Shown here piece by piece: positions 22,001-37,000 of a stretch of DNA of 64,000 nucleotides. The notes below the pieces were generated by a model. The model was not told the origin of the DNA. It did not search any database and was given only the letters and a program-made list of their open reading frames with translations. The position numbers were made by a program, and so were the translations under genes. Numbering within the stretch: position 1 is the first letter of the stretch; each line of letters opens with the position of its first letter. Source of the stretch: Nemertoderma westbladi (taxonomy: Eukaryota > Animalia > Xenacoelomorpha); contig JAUCBJ010004906.1 in NCBI GenBank assembly GCA_032718475.1, positions 37,156 through 101,155 on the forward strand. The letters run 5' to 3'.

Positions 22001-25000
22001 TCTAACATTCTGCCCGCCCACCTCTAACACCTCTTGCACTTATACCGCTATCCCCTGCCTCGCCACCACACCGATATATCTCACTTCTCCCTTCCTTACA
22101 TCATCGGCATCCAGTATTCCATCTGATTCATCGTCTTCAATAGTTTCAATGACACCTTCCGCCCGAGACACATGGACTGCCACGCCATGCTCGATGCAGA
22201 ATAGTGGACTCACTTTCTTACAAGAAATATTTATCATATTAGATATCGCCACCCTGGTTATATATAATCTCGTGGGCCTTTCCAATTCCCTGGATGGGGC
22301 CTAATTATACTTGGTATTGTATCCTTTACCAGTTCCACATCATTAGCCGAGTATGAAAATATCTTGGTTTTAATTCGAGATTTCAGCATGGCAATTATGT
22401 CGTTGAAGCTAAGGGTATCGCCATCAATGTGCATGCCAATAATGTTTGACAATGTCCTCTTAATCGTTCCACCAACTCCATCCGCTGGGCCCTTCCCGTG
22501 ACCGGCCTCCAAATATATCCAACGGATTTTCTTATTCGTAGCCTTAGCAACTTCATTAAATAGAAATACAATTAATAGTCCTATTGCGGTTCTACTGAAG
22601 TGTTACAGGTGAGACATGTCCTACTCTGTAGCCCAAATTTATTCAATTTACATGTTACATGTGGGATTTTTTGTGTTACAGGCTTTTGTTACAGGTGGGA
22701 CAAAGCTCATGCTGATAAATGTAAAAGCAACTGACGTCTATTCCACAGTCAATTGTTGCACAAATGATTACTCACGCAAAAGCCCAATATCTGGGCTATG
22801 TGCTGATATTAGAATCTTCATATCACGTTTGTTAGAACTGATTCTAGAGCATTGTAAAGCAATGATAATGCACTTGGTGTTACACAAGGGACAATCCTAA
22901 TTGACATAATGGACTCGCACGTATAAAACCAGCCATATCTCTGGTTGTGTTTTGTATTTTTTCGTAAAATCTGGAACATTCCACTTCCCGAAGATTTTCC
23001 TTTCAAATAAGAATTTAGGTTATAGAATCCCAATAAAAACCTTTTGGTGAATTCAGGTGTTACCGTTTGGGACAAGTAATTGTCAAAAATATGGGTATAT
23101 TATCTATTGTTTTATTTCAATATGATATCAATAAAACAATTTGGAAGTTATTCCATTGCATTACTCTATTATTTAGCTTTAAAATGAGCTATAACTTGTT
23201 GAAATACACCCAGTAGATGTCAAAATACATCCCCCACAATGCAATGAACTTTTTTGGACAATTGGAAAACATGCATTTTTTAGTACTAAAAGGTCTGTAA
23301 AATCTTTCAAAGTCGGAGTGGCAGTATGACTTTTTGTGCATCTGTTGGACCTTAAAATTATCTTCAAAAATATATATAACTTTACCAGGTTCCTAAAAAA
23401 AATTTCATTCTAAAATTAAGTCGAATCGTGTGGGAAACGTTTTTGGCCACTTTTTGTGAGTTTGGGCCATATAAAGCGTAACGATCTACAACAAAAGTAT
23501 ATAAAGCGTGTCAAAACAGCCTACAACAAAAGTATAAAATAAGTGTGTAAAAACAAACTACAACAAAAGTATAAAATAAGCGTGTAAAAACAACCTACAA
23601 CAAAAATATAAAATAAGTGTGTCAAAACGATCCACAACAAAAGTATATAAAGCGTGTCGAAACAGCCTACAACAAAAGTATAAAATAAGCGTGTAAAAAC
23701 AAAACTACAACAAAAGTATAAAATAAGCGTGTAAAAACAAAACTACAACAAAAGTATAAAATAAGCGTGTAAAAACATAACTACAACAAAAGTATAAAAA
23801 AAGCGTGTAAAAACAAAACTACAACAAAAGTATAAAATAAGCGTGTAAAAACAAAACTAAAACAAAAGTATAAAATAAGCGTGTAAAAACAAAACTACAC
23901 AAGGGACAATCCTAATTGACATAATGGACTCGCACGTATAAAACCAGCCATATCTCTGGTTGTGTTTTGTATTTTTTCGTAAAATCTGGAACATTCCACT
24001 TCCCGAAGATTTTCCTTTCAAATAAGAATTTAGGTTATAGAATCCCAATAAAAACCTTTTGGTGAATTCAGGTGTTACCGTTTGGGACAAGTAATTGTCA
24101 AAAATATGGGTATATTATCTATTGTTTTATTTCAATATGATATCAATAAAACAATTTGGAAGTTATTCCATTGCATTACTCTATTATTTAGCTTTAAAAT
24201 GAGCTATAACTTGTTGAAATACACCCAGTAGATGTCAAAATACATCCCCCACAATGCAATGAACTTTTTTGGACAATTGAAAAACATGCATTTTTTAGTA
24301 CTAAAAGGTCTGTAAAATCTTTCAAAGTCGGAGTGGCAGTATGACTTTTTGTGCATCTGTTGGACCTTAAAATTATCTTCAAAAATATATATAACTTTAC
24401 CAGGTTCCTAAAAAAAATTTCATTCTAAAATTAAGTCGAATCGTGTGGGAAACGTTTTTGGCCACTTTTTGTGAGTTTGGGCCATATAAAGCGTAACGAT
24501 CTACAACAAAAGTATATAAAGCGTGTCAAAACAGCCTACAACAAAAGTATAAAATAAGTGTGTAAAAACAAACTACAACAAAAGTATAAAATAAGCGTGT
24601 AAAAACAACCTACAACAAAAATATAAAATAAGTGTGTCAAAACGATCCACAACAAAAGTATATAAAGCGTGTCGAAACAGCCTACAACAAAAGTATAAAA
24701 TAAGCGTGTAAAAACAAAACTACAACAAAAGTATAAAATAAGCGTGTAAAAACAAAACTACAACAAAAGTATAAAATAAGCGTGTAAAAACAAAACTACA
24801 ACAAAAGTATAAAAAAAGCGTGTAAAAACAAAACTACAACAAAAGTATAAAATAAGCGTGTAAAAACAAAACTAAAACAAAAGTATAAAATAAGCGTGTA
24901 AAAACAAAACTACAACAAAAGTATAAAATAAGCGTGTAAAAACAAAACTACAACAAAAGTATAAAATAAGCGTGTAAAAACAAAACTACAACAAAAGTAT

Positions 25001-28000
25001 AAAATAAGCGTGTAAAAACAAAACTACAACAAAAGTATAAAATAAGCGTGTAAAAACAAACTACAACAAAAGTATAAAATAAGCGTGTAAAAACAACCTA
25101 CAAAAAAAATATAAAATAAGCGTGTCAAAACGATCCACAACAAAAGTATATAAAGCGTGTCGAAACAGCCTACAACAAAAGTATAAAATAAGCGTGTAAA
25201 AACAAAACTACAACAAAAGTATAAAATAAGCGTGTAAAAACAAAACTACAACAAAAGTATAAAATAAGCGTGTAAAAACAAAACTACAACAAAAGTATAA
25301 AAAAAGCGTGTAAAAACAAAACTACAACAAAAGTATAAAATAAGCGTGTAAAAACAAAACTAAAACAAAAGTATAAAATAAGCGTGTAAAAACAAAACTA
25401 CAACAAAAGTATAAAATAAGCGTGTAAAAACAAAACTACAACAAAAGTATAAAATAAGCGTGTAAAAACAAAACTACAACAAAAGTATAAAATAAGCGTG
25501 TAAAAACAAAACTACAACAAAAGTATAAAATAAGCGTGTAAAAACAAACTACAACAAAAGTATAAAATAAGCGTGTAAAAACAACCTACAAAAAAAATAT
25601 AAAATAAGCGTGTCAAAACGATCCACAACAAAAGTATATAAAGCGTGTCGAAACAGCCTACAACAAAAGTATAAAATAAGCGTGTAAAAACAAAACTACA
25701 ACAAAAGTATAAAATAAGCGTGTAAAAACAAAACTACAACAAAAGTATAAAATAAGCGTGTAAAAACAAAACTACAACAAAAGTATAAAATAAGCGTGTA
25801 AAAACAAAACTACAACAAAAGTATAAAATAAGCGTGTAAAAACAAAACTACAACAAAAGTATAAAATAAGCGTGTAAAAACAAAACTACAACAAAAGTAT
25901 AAAATAAGCGTGTAAAAACAAAACAACAACAAAAGTATAAAATAAGCGTGTAAAAACAAAACTACAACAAAAGTATAAAATAAGCGTGTAAAAACAAAAC
26001 TACAACAAAAGTATAAAATAAGCGTGTAAAAACAAAACTACAACAAAAGTATAAAATAAGCGTGTAACAAACAAAACTACAACAAAAGTATAAAATAAGC
26101 GTGTAAAAACAAAACTACAACAAAAGTATAAAATAAGCGTGTAAAAACAAACTACAACAAAAGTATAAAATAAGCGTGTAAAAACAACCTACAAAAAAAA
26201 TATAAAATAAGCGTGTCAAAACGATCCACAACAAAAGTATATAAAGCGTGTCGAAACAGCCTACAACAAAAGTATAAAATAAGCGTGTAAAAACAAAACT
26301 ACAACAAAAGTATAAAATAAGCGTGTAAAAACAAAACTACAACAAAAGTATAAAATAAGCGTGTAAAAACAAAACTACAACAAAAGTATAAAATAAGCGT
26401 GTAAAAACAAAACTACAACAAAAGTATAAAATAAGCGTGTAAAAACAAAACTACAACAAAAGTATAAAATAAGCGTGTAAAAACAAAACTACAACAAAAG
26501 TATAAAATAAGCGTGTAAAAACAAAACTACAACAAAAGTATAAAATAAGCGTGTAAAAACAAAACTACAACAAAAGTATAAAATAAGCGTGTAAAAACAA
26601 AACTACAACAAAAGTATAAAATAAGCGTGTAAAAACAAAACTACAACAAAAGTATAAAATAAGCGTGTAAAAACAAAACTACAACAAAAGTATAAAATAA
26701 GCGTGTAAAAACAAAACTACAACAAAAGTATAAAATAAGCGTGTAAAAACAAAACTACAACAAAAGTATAAAATAAGCGTGTAAAAACAAAACTACAACA
26801 AAAGTATAAAATAAGCGTGTAAAAACAAAACTACAACAAAAGTATAAAATAAGCGTGTAAAAACAAAACTACAACAAAAGTATAAAATTAGCGTGTAAAA
26901 ACAAAACTACAACAAAAGTATAAAATAAGCGTGTAAAAACAAAACTACAACAAAAGTATAAAATAAGCGTGTAAAAACAAAACTACAACAAAAGTATAAA
27001 ATAAGCGTGTAAAAACAAAACTACAACAAAAGTATAAAATAAGCGTGTAAAAACAAAACTACAACAAAAGTATAAAATAAGCGTGTAAAAACAAAACTAC
27101 AACAAAAGTATTAAATAAGCGTGTAAAAACAAAACTACAACAAAAGTATAAAATAAGCGTGTAAAAACAAAACTACAACAAAAGTATAAAACAAGCGTGT
27201 AAAAACAAAACTACAACAAAAGTATAAAATAAGCGTGTAAAAACAAAACTACAACAAAAGTATAAAATAAGCGTGTAAAAACAAAACTACAACAAAAGTA
27301 TAAAATAAGCGTGTAAAAACAAAACTACAACAAAAGTATAAAATAAGCGTGTAAAAACAAAACTACAACAAAAGTATAAAATAAGCGTGTAAAAACAAAA
27401 CTACAACAAAAGTATAAAATAAGCGTGTAAAAACAAAACTACAACAAAAGTATAAAATAAGCGTGTAAAAACAAAACTACAACAAAAGTATAAAATAAGC
27501 GTGTAAAAACAAAACTACAACAAAAGTATAAAATAAGCGTGTAAAAACAAAACTACAACAAAAGTATAAAATAAGCGTGTAAAAACAAAACTACAACAAA
27601 AGTATAAAATAAGCGTGTAAAAACAAAACTACAACAAAAGTATAAAATAAGCGTGTAAAAACAAAACTACAACAAAAGTATAAAATAAGCGTGTAAAAAC
27701 AAAACTACAACAAAAGTATAAAATAAGCGTGTAAAAACAAAACTACAACAAAAGTATAAAATAAGCGTGTAAAAACAAAACTACAACAAAAGTATAAAAT
27801 AAGCGTGTAAAAACAAAACTACAACAAAAGTATAAAATAAGCGTGTAAAAACAAAACTACAACAAAAGTATAAAATAAGCGTGTAAAAACAAAACTACAA
27901 CAAAAGTATAAAATAAGCGTGTAAAAACAAAACTACAACAAAAGTATAAAATAAGCGTGTAAAAACAAAACTACAACAAAAGTATAAAATAAGCGTGTAA

Positions 28001-31000
28001 AAACAAAACTACAACAAAAGTATAAAATAAGCGTGTAAAAACAAAACTACAACAAAAGTATAAAATTAGCGTGTAAAAACAAAACTACAACAAAAGTATA
28101 AAATAAGCGTGTAAAAACAAAACTACAACAAAAGTATAAAATAAGCGTGTAAAAACAAAACTACAACAAAAGTATAAAATAAGCGTGTAAAAACAAAACT
28201 ACAACAAAAGTATAAAATAAGCGTGTAAAAACAAAACTACAACAAAAGTATAAAATAAACGTGTAAAAACAAAACTACAACAAAAGTATTAAATAAGCGT
28301 GTAAAAACAAAACTACAACAAAAGTATAAAATAAGCGTGTAAAAACAAAACTACAACAAAAGTATAAAACAAGCGTGTAAAAACAAAACTACAACAAAAG
28401 TATAAAATAAGCGTGTAAAAACAAAACTACAACAAAAGTATAAAATAAGCGTGTAAAAACAAAACTACAACAAAAGTATAAAATAAGCGTGTAAAAACAA
28501 AACTACAACAAAAGTATAAAATAAGCGTGTAAAAACAAAACTACAACAAAAGTATAAAATAAGCGTGTAAAAACAAAACTACAACAAAAGTATAAAATAA
28601 GCGTGTAAAAACAAAACTACAACAAAAGTATAAAATAAGCGTGTAAAAACAAAACTACAACAAAAGTATAATATAAGCGTGTAAAAACAAAACTACAACA
28701 AAAGTATAAAATAAGCGTGTAAAAACAAAACTACAACAAAAGTATAAAATAAGCGTGTAAAAACAAAACTACAACAAAAGTATAAAATAAGCGTGTAAAA
28801 ACAAAACTACAACAAAAGTATAAAATAAGCGTGTAAAAACAAAACTACAACAAAAGTATAAAATAAGCGTGTAAAAACAAAACTACAACAAAAGTATAAA
28901 ATAAGCGTGTAAAAACAAAACTACAACAAAAGTATAAAATAAGCGTGTAAAAACAAAACTACAACAAAAGTATAAAATAAGCGTGTAAAAACAAAACTAC
29001 AACAAAAGTATAAAATAAGCGTGTAAAAACAAAACTACAACAAAAGTATAAAATAAGCGTGTAAAAACAAAACTACAACAAAAGTATAAAATAAGCGTGT
29101 AAAAACAAAACTACAACAAAAGTATAAAATAAGCGTGTAAAAACAAAACTACAACAAAAGTATAAAATAAGCGTGTAAAAACAAAACTACAACAAAAGTA
29201 TAAAATAAGCGTGTAAAAACAAAACTACAACAAAAGTATAAAATAAGCGTGTAAAAACAAAACTACAACAAAAGTATAAAATAAGCGTGTAAAAACAAAA
29301 CTACAACAAAAGTATAAAATAAGCGTGTAAAAACAAAACTACAACAAAAGTAAAAAATAAGCGTTTAAAAATGATCTACAACAAAAATATAAAATAAGCG
29401 TGTAAAAATGATCTACAACAAACGTATGTAAAAAGATAAGATAAAGATGTATAAAAAAAGGTTTACCAATAAGATTAAACGTCCTACATCAACCTTATTA
29501 ATCCACGGGTTAACTACTATAAAACCAAATAGTTTAGTAGACCTTGACATAAATACAGTATTATTAATTATTGTCATTGATACATAAATGCAATACATAA
29601 AATAAACAAGGTATTCAACTAAAACAACATCGAGAAAACAAACAAAAAACAAATAGTTAACATTCTATCTATTATAACAATTCTTCTATCCTTAGTAAGT
29701 AAATATCAAAACTATAAATATAAAGTATATTTAACTCCGAGATGTACCTGTCCGAGTGTTGTGTTATCAGTTTTTGGGTTCCTAACTTTATGTTGAATAC
29801 TACTATTATAGACCAAGAAAGTGACCCAACCTACCAAACTAAACGTGAAACGGAAACCAAAATAATATAAAGTGAATAGCGAAGGGCACCCATTGGATAA
29901 TTCCATTTGCTTTTGCTTTGAGTCCTAGTACAGCAGTACACCATGTCCTAGAATATAGTGTCGTAATTCAGTGACCCCCCCCCCCCCCCCCTAATTTTTC
30001 TACAAATCTTAATGAGATTGCATGAAATTTGAAACAGAGATAGTTTCACCTCCCGACCACTGACTGGGTGAGCCAGAATTTTTATTTTTGCTTTCAATCT
30101 TTAGCTACAAGCGTTTACGATATTACACCAGTTACACAGCAGTTATTCTTCTACCTTATAGCTGTTTGTTGGTACCAATGGAAAGCTGGCCATGCAAGGA
30201 TTCCAAATATGTAACACAATTTGAATTTCGTTGAAAAATAACGGAGATATTGTTTTACATATTTGAAATCCTTGCATGACCAGCTTTCCATTGGTACCAA
30301 CAAACAGCTATAAGGTAGAAGAATAACTGCGGTGTAACTGGTGTAATATCGTAAACGCTTGTAGCTAAACATTGAAAGCAAAAATAAAAATTCTGGCTCA
30401 CCCAGTCAGTGGTCGGGAGGTGAAACTATCTCTGTTTCAAATTTCATGCAATCTCATTAAGATTCGTATAAAAAATTAGGGGGGGGGGGGGGGGGGGGGG
30501 GGTCGTGTCACTGAATTACGACACTATATTCTGGGACAGGGTGTGTATGGCAATACATTTAGTACAAATAGGTTCTTGCCCTTCCGTTTGAAGAAGGTCC
30601 ATACTGCATCTAGTGCGCCGTCTGCAGCGAATCAGGGCGCTTTAACCTGCTTTATTAAATATTAAATTAGTTTTGGGTCTCAAGCCATTTGTTTCTATTT
30701 AGTTGAATCATTATTTTACTATAGTAAAATTAATTTAATTATAAGTTAATATATCATTTACAATCAAGTATGAAACATCCCAAATCATAAATGGTTGATA
30801 CGGCTTGTTTTACTACAATGTCCACGTGAGACTCCACCGCTAGACTGTTAAGTTTCACTGAAATAAAAAGAAATTAAATAACATTGACGAATACGTACAC
30901 TTTTTAGACTACAACGGCTCCCAAATATCAGGATACATAGAACATTAAGGCTGATTTATTATTTACACATATAAATGTATTTAAGATCTGATGATCTGAG

Positions 31001-34000
31001 AGACTTGGACTTCTCGAATACTAATTTATTAACGAGGCAGGGAAAGAGGGAGTTGGGGGCGGGGGGGGGGGGGGGGGCAACTAGACCAAATCCAATCGCG
31101 GATAATTAATATCTCCTCTCAACGTTAACTCATCAATTAAGGGAAAGGAGCAGGTTACAGTGGCACGTTATTATAAACAAAACAATAAACAAATGTCAAT
31201 AAGCTCCTACCTATCTGCCTATCTAAGCTATCACTATACAATACCCCAGAACTCCACGGGTGAGGCGAAATGAACTGGAGTGAAATAAAGTAAAATCAAG
31301 TGAAGTGCAAATAACGTAATGTGGGAAAAAATGCACGACACATAAGATTAACGCAAAACTACAATTAAATCCATAATCAATCAAATCCTACCAAACTCAC
31401 CAAGAAAGAATTGCCATGACAACGAGGGTAGATCCGGGAGGTACAGATGTAGGAGTTCGAAACAATGCAGGATCATGGGTCGGTCGTCGACTACCGAATC
31501 GAACTGGGACTCGAGACAGGTGCACAGGGTCTTTAAGGAAGATCGTTTTATCGATTGGAGAGATAACACGGCTCGGGTGGACACCGCAGACGATTGGTCC
31601 TCCAGTAGACCAATCATAAGAGAAAACATATGGGCTAATGCTGATTGGATAACCTGCAAACAATTAGATTATAACATTAATAAGGATGAAGAAAAAGTCA
31701 ACTTAGTAAGTCAATATCTAGACTTGGAAATAAAAACCGAGAATATCAAGTCGTCTTAGAGGCTCAGTTATATTATTGTAAAGAAATTATAAATTCTCCC
31801 ATATTATATGTCCCAAATGTTTAATTAGTATTGGTTCCATAACATAGAAATATTTCTCAACAACTTTTGAGATAATTTTATGATATGGGTTTCATGGAAT
31901 CAGGGACGGACTGCCGATAGCAAGCTGATCGGGAAATTTACCCCCGAAGGCATTATAGGGAAGGAGGCCGTAACTACAATGAATGGACAATCGGCTAGAG
32001 AACTCACCAGGTTACCGGTTACGACTTTCCTCTCCACGAACCGAGCCAAGATGGCTGCCCTCTCGACCGAATCGAATCGTTTCCGCCAATCCATGTCGGA
32101 TAAACCAGCGGAAACCAGTCTCCAGAAGACGTCGGCCCCACAAGGCATCGAGACGCAATGCATAATGAGGGGGGCCAGTACTTGTACAACCTAAAATAAT
32201 AGAATACAGAGGAACCAGTACTTGTACAACCTAAAATAATAGAATACAGAGGAACCACTACTTGTACAACCTAAAATAATAGAATACAGAGGAACCAGTA
32301 CTTGTACAACCTAAAATAATAGAATACAGAGGGGCCAGTACTTGTACAACCTAAAATAATAGAATATAGAGGAACCAGTACTTGTACAACCTAAAATAAT
32401 AGAATACAGAGGAACCAGTACTTGTACAACCTAAAATAATAGAATACAGAGGAACCAGTACTTGTACAACCTAAAATAATAGAATACAGAGGAACCAGTA
32501 CTTGTACAACCTAAAATAATAGAATACAGAGGAACCAGTACTTGTACAACCTAAAATAATAGAATACAGAGGGGCCAGTACTTGTACAACCTAAAATAAT
32601 AGAATACAGAGGAACCAGTACTTGTACAACCTAAAATAATAGAATACAGAGGGGCCAGTACTTGTACAACCTAAAATAATAGAATACAGAGGAACCAGTA
32701 CTTGTACAACCTAAAATAATAGAATACAGAGGGGCCAGTACTTGTACAACCTAAAATAATAGAATACAGAGGAACCAGTACTTGTACAACCTAAAATAAT
32801 AGAATACAGAGGGGCCAGTACTTGTACAACCTAAAATAATAGAATACAGAGGAACCAGTACTTGTACAACCTAAAATAATAGAATACAGAGGAACCAGTA
32901 CTTGTACAACCTAAAATAATAGAATACAGAGGGGCCAGTACTTGTACAACCTAAAATAATAGAATACAGAGGAACCAGTACTTGTACAACCTAAAATAAT
33001 AGAATACAGAGGAACCAGTACTTGTACAACCTAAAATAATAGAATACAGAGGAGCCAGTACTTGTACAACCTAAAATAATAGAATACAGAGGAACCAGTA
33101 CTTGTACAACCTAAAATAATAGAATACAGAGGAACCAGTACTTGTACAACCTAAAATAATAGAATACAGAGGAACCAGTACTTATACAACCTAAAATAAT
33201 AGAATACAGAGGAACCAGTACTTGTACAACCTAAAATAATAGAATACAGAGGAACCAGTACTTGTACAACCTAAAATAATAGAATACAGAGGAACCAGTA
33301 CTTGTACAACCTAAAATAATAGAATACAGAGGAACCAGTACTTGTACAACCTAAAATAATAGAATACAGAGTCTGAACCAGTACTTGTACAACCTAAAAT
33401 AATAGAATACAGAGGAACCAGTACTTGTACAACCTAAAATAATAGAATACAGAGGAACCAGTACTTGTACAACCTAAAATAATAGAATACAGAGGGGCCA
33501 GTACTTGTACAACCTAAAATAATAGAATACAGAGGAACCAGTACTTGTACAACCTAAAATAATAGAATACAGAGGAACCAGTACTTGTACAACCTAAAAT
33601 AATAGAATACAGAGGAACCAGTACTTGTACAACCTAAAATAATAGAATACAGAGTCTGAACCAGTACTTGTACAACCTAAAATAATAGAATACAGAGGAA
33701 CCAGTACTTGTACAACCTAAAATAATAGAATACAGAGGAACCAGTACTTGTACAACCTAAAATAATAGAATACAGAGGGGCCAGTACTTGTACAACCTAA
33801 AATAATAGAATACAGGGGAACCAGTACTTGTACAACCTAAAATAATAGAATACAGAGGGGCCAGTACTTGTACAACCTAAACTAATAGAATACAGAGGAA
33901 CCAGTACTTGTACAACCTAAAATAATAGAATACAGAGGAACCAGTACTTGTACAACCTAAAATAATAGAATACAGAGGAACCAGTACTTGTACAACCTAA

Positions 34001-37000
34001 AATAATAGAATACAGAGGAACCAGTACTTGTACAACCTAAAATAATAGAATACAGAGGGGCCAGTACTTGTAAAACCTAAAATAATAGAATACAGAGGAA
34101 CCAGTACTTGTACAACCTAAAATAATAGAATACAGAGGGGCCAGTACTTGTACAACCTAAAATAATAGAATACAGAGGAACCAGTACTTGTACAACCTAA
34201 AATAATAGAATACAGAGGAACCAGTACTTGTACAACCTAAAATAATAGAATACAGAGGGGCCAGTACTTGTACAACCTAAAATAATAGAATACAGAGGAA
34301 CCAGTACTTGTACAACCTAAAATAATAGAATACAGAGGAACCAGTACTTGTACAACCTAAAATAATAGAATACAGAGGGGCCAGTACTTGTACAACCTAA
34401 AATAATAGAATACAGAGGAACCAGTACTTGTACAACCTAAAATAATAGAATACAGAGGAACCAGTACTTGTACAACCTAAAATAATAGAATACAGAGGAA
34501 CCAGTACTTGTACAACCTAAAATAATAGAATACAGAGGAACCAGTACTTGTACAACCTAAAACAATAGAATACAGAGGAACCAGTACTTGTACAACCTAA
34601 AATAATAGAATACAGAGGAACCAGTACTTGTACAACCTAAAATAATAGAATACAGAGGAACCACTACTTGTACAACCTAAAATAATAGAATACAGAGGGG
34701 CCAGTACTTGTACAACCTAAAATAATAGAATACAGAGGAACCAGTACTTGTACAACCTAAAATAATAGAATACAGAGGAACCAGTACTTGTACAACCTAA
34801 AATAATAGAATACAGAGGGGCCAGTACTTGTACAACCTAAAATAATAGAATACAGAGTGGCCAGTACTTGTACAACCTAAAATAATAGAATACAGAGGAA
34901 CCAGTACTTGTACAACCTAAAATAATAGAATACAGAGGAACCAGTACTTGTACAACCTAAAATAATAGAATACAGAGGAACCAGTACTTGTACAACCCAA
35001 AATAATAGAATATAGAGGAACCAGTACTTGCACAACCTAAAATAATAGAATACAAAGGAACCAGTACTTGTACAACCTAAAATAATAGAATACAGAGGAA
35101 CCAGTACTTGTACAACCTAAAATAATAGAATACAGAGGAACCAGTACTTGTACAACCTAAAATAATAGAATACAGAGGAACCAGTACTTGTACAACCTAA
35201 AATAATAGAATACAGAGTCTGAACCAGTACTTGTACAACCTAAAATAATAGAATACAGAGGAACCAGTACTTGTACAACCTAAAATAATAGAATACAGAG
35301 GAACCAGTACTTGTACAACCTAAAATAATATAATACAGAGGAACCAGTACTTGTACAACCTAAAATAATAGAATACAGAGTGGCCAGTACTTGTACAACC
35401 TACTACTAGGATCGGCATGCTGCAAATTGTACAACCTAAAATAATAGAATACAGAGGAACCAGTACTTGTACAACCTAAAATAATAGAATACAGAGGAAC
35501 CAGTACTTGTACAACCTAAAATAATAGAATACAGAGGAACCAGTACTTGTACAACCTAAAATAATAGAATACAGAGTCTGAACCAGTACTTGTACAACCT
35601 AAAATAATAGAATACAGAGTCTGAACCAGTACTTGTACAACCTAAAATAATAGAATACAGAGGAACCAGTACTTGTACAACCTAAAATAATAGAATACAG
35701 AGGAACCAGTACTTGTACAACCTAAAATAATAGAATACAGAGGAACCAGTACTTGAACAACCTAAAATAATAGAATACAGAGGAACCAGTACTTGTACAA
35801 CCTAAAATAATAGAATACAGAGGAACCAGTACTTGTACAACCTAAAATAATAGAATACAGAGGAACCAGTACTTGTACAACCTAAAATAATAGAATACAG
35901 AGGAACCAGTACTTGTACAACCTAAAATAATAGAATACAGAGGAACCAGTACTTGTACAACCTAAAATAATAGAATACAGAGGAACCAGTACTTGTACAA
36001 CCTAAAATAATAGAATACAGAGGGGCCAGTACTTGTACAACCTAAAATAATAGAATACAGAGTGGCCAGTACTTGTACAACCTAAAATAATAGAATACAG
36101 AGGAACCAGTACTTGTACAACCTAAAATAATAGAATACAGAGGAACCAGTACTTGTACAACCTAAAATAATAGAATACAGAGGAACCAGTACTTGTACAA
36201 CCCAAAATAATAGAATATAGAGGAACCAGTACTTGTACAACCTAAAATAATAGAATACAGAGGAACCAGTACTTGTACAACCTAAAATAATAGAATACAG
36301 AGGAACCAGTACTTGTACAACCTAAAATAATAGAATACAGAGGAACCAGTACTTGTACAACCTAAAATAATAGAATACAGAGTCTGAACCAGTACTTGTA
36401 CAACCTAAAATAATAGAATACAGAGGAACCAGTACTTGTACAACCTAAAATAATAGAATACAGAGGAACCAGTACTTGTACAACCTAAAATAATATAATA
36501 CAGAGGAACCAGTACTTGTACAACCTAAAATAATAGAATACAGAGTGGCCAGTACTTGTACAACCTACTACTAGGATCGGCATGCTGCAAATTGTACAAC
36601 CTAAAATAATAGAATACAGAGGAACCAGTACTTGTACAACCTAAAATAATAGAATACAGAGGAACCAGTACTTGTACAACCTAAAATAATAGAATACAGA
36701 GGAACCAGTACTTGAACAACCTAAAATAATAGAATACAGAGGAACCAGTACTTGTACAACCTAAAATAATAGAATACAGAGGAACCAGTACTTGTACAAC
36801 CTAAAATAATAGAATACAGAGGAACCAGTACTTGTACAACCTAAAATAATAGAATACAGAGGAACCAGTACTTGTACAACCTAAAATAATAGAATACAGA
36901 GTCTGAACCAGTACTTGTACAACCTAAAATAATAGAATACAGAGTCTGAACCAGTACTTGTACAACCTAAAATAATAGAATACAGAGGAACCAGTACTTG

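Larger units (their letters stand above)
19720..23468 (-). mobile_element. Defective TIR DNA transposon (probably Sola superfamily) with ATAT target-site duplication
   Basis: TIRs GGCTCAAACTCCCAAAAAGTGGCCAAAAA and TTTTTGGCCACTTTTTGTGAGTTTGGGCC; ATAT at 19716-19719 and 23469-23472; transposase remnant WIYLEAGHGKGPADGVGGTIKR at about 22260-22560. Superfamily assignment is from recall of the HGKG..DG motif. Confidence 0.8.

Noticed and set aside
20249-22039. Many Gly-rich or WRVWETEW ORFs
   Set aside because: 42-bp repeat inside a transposon, with frequent 1-nt indels breaking the frames.
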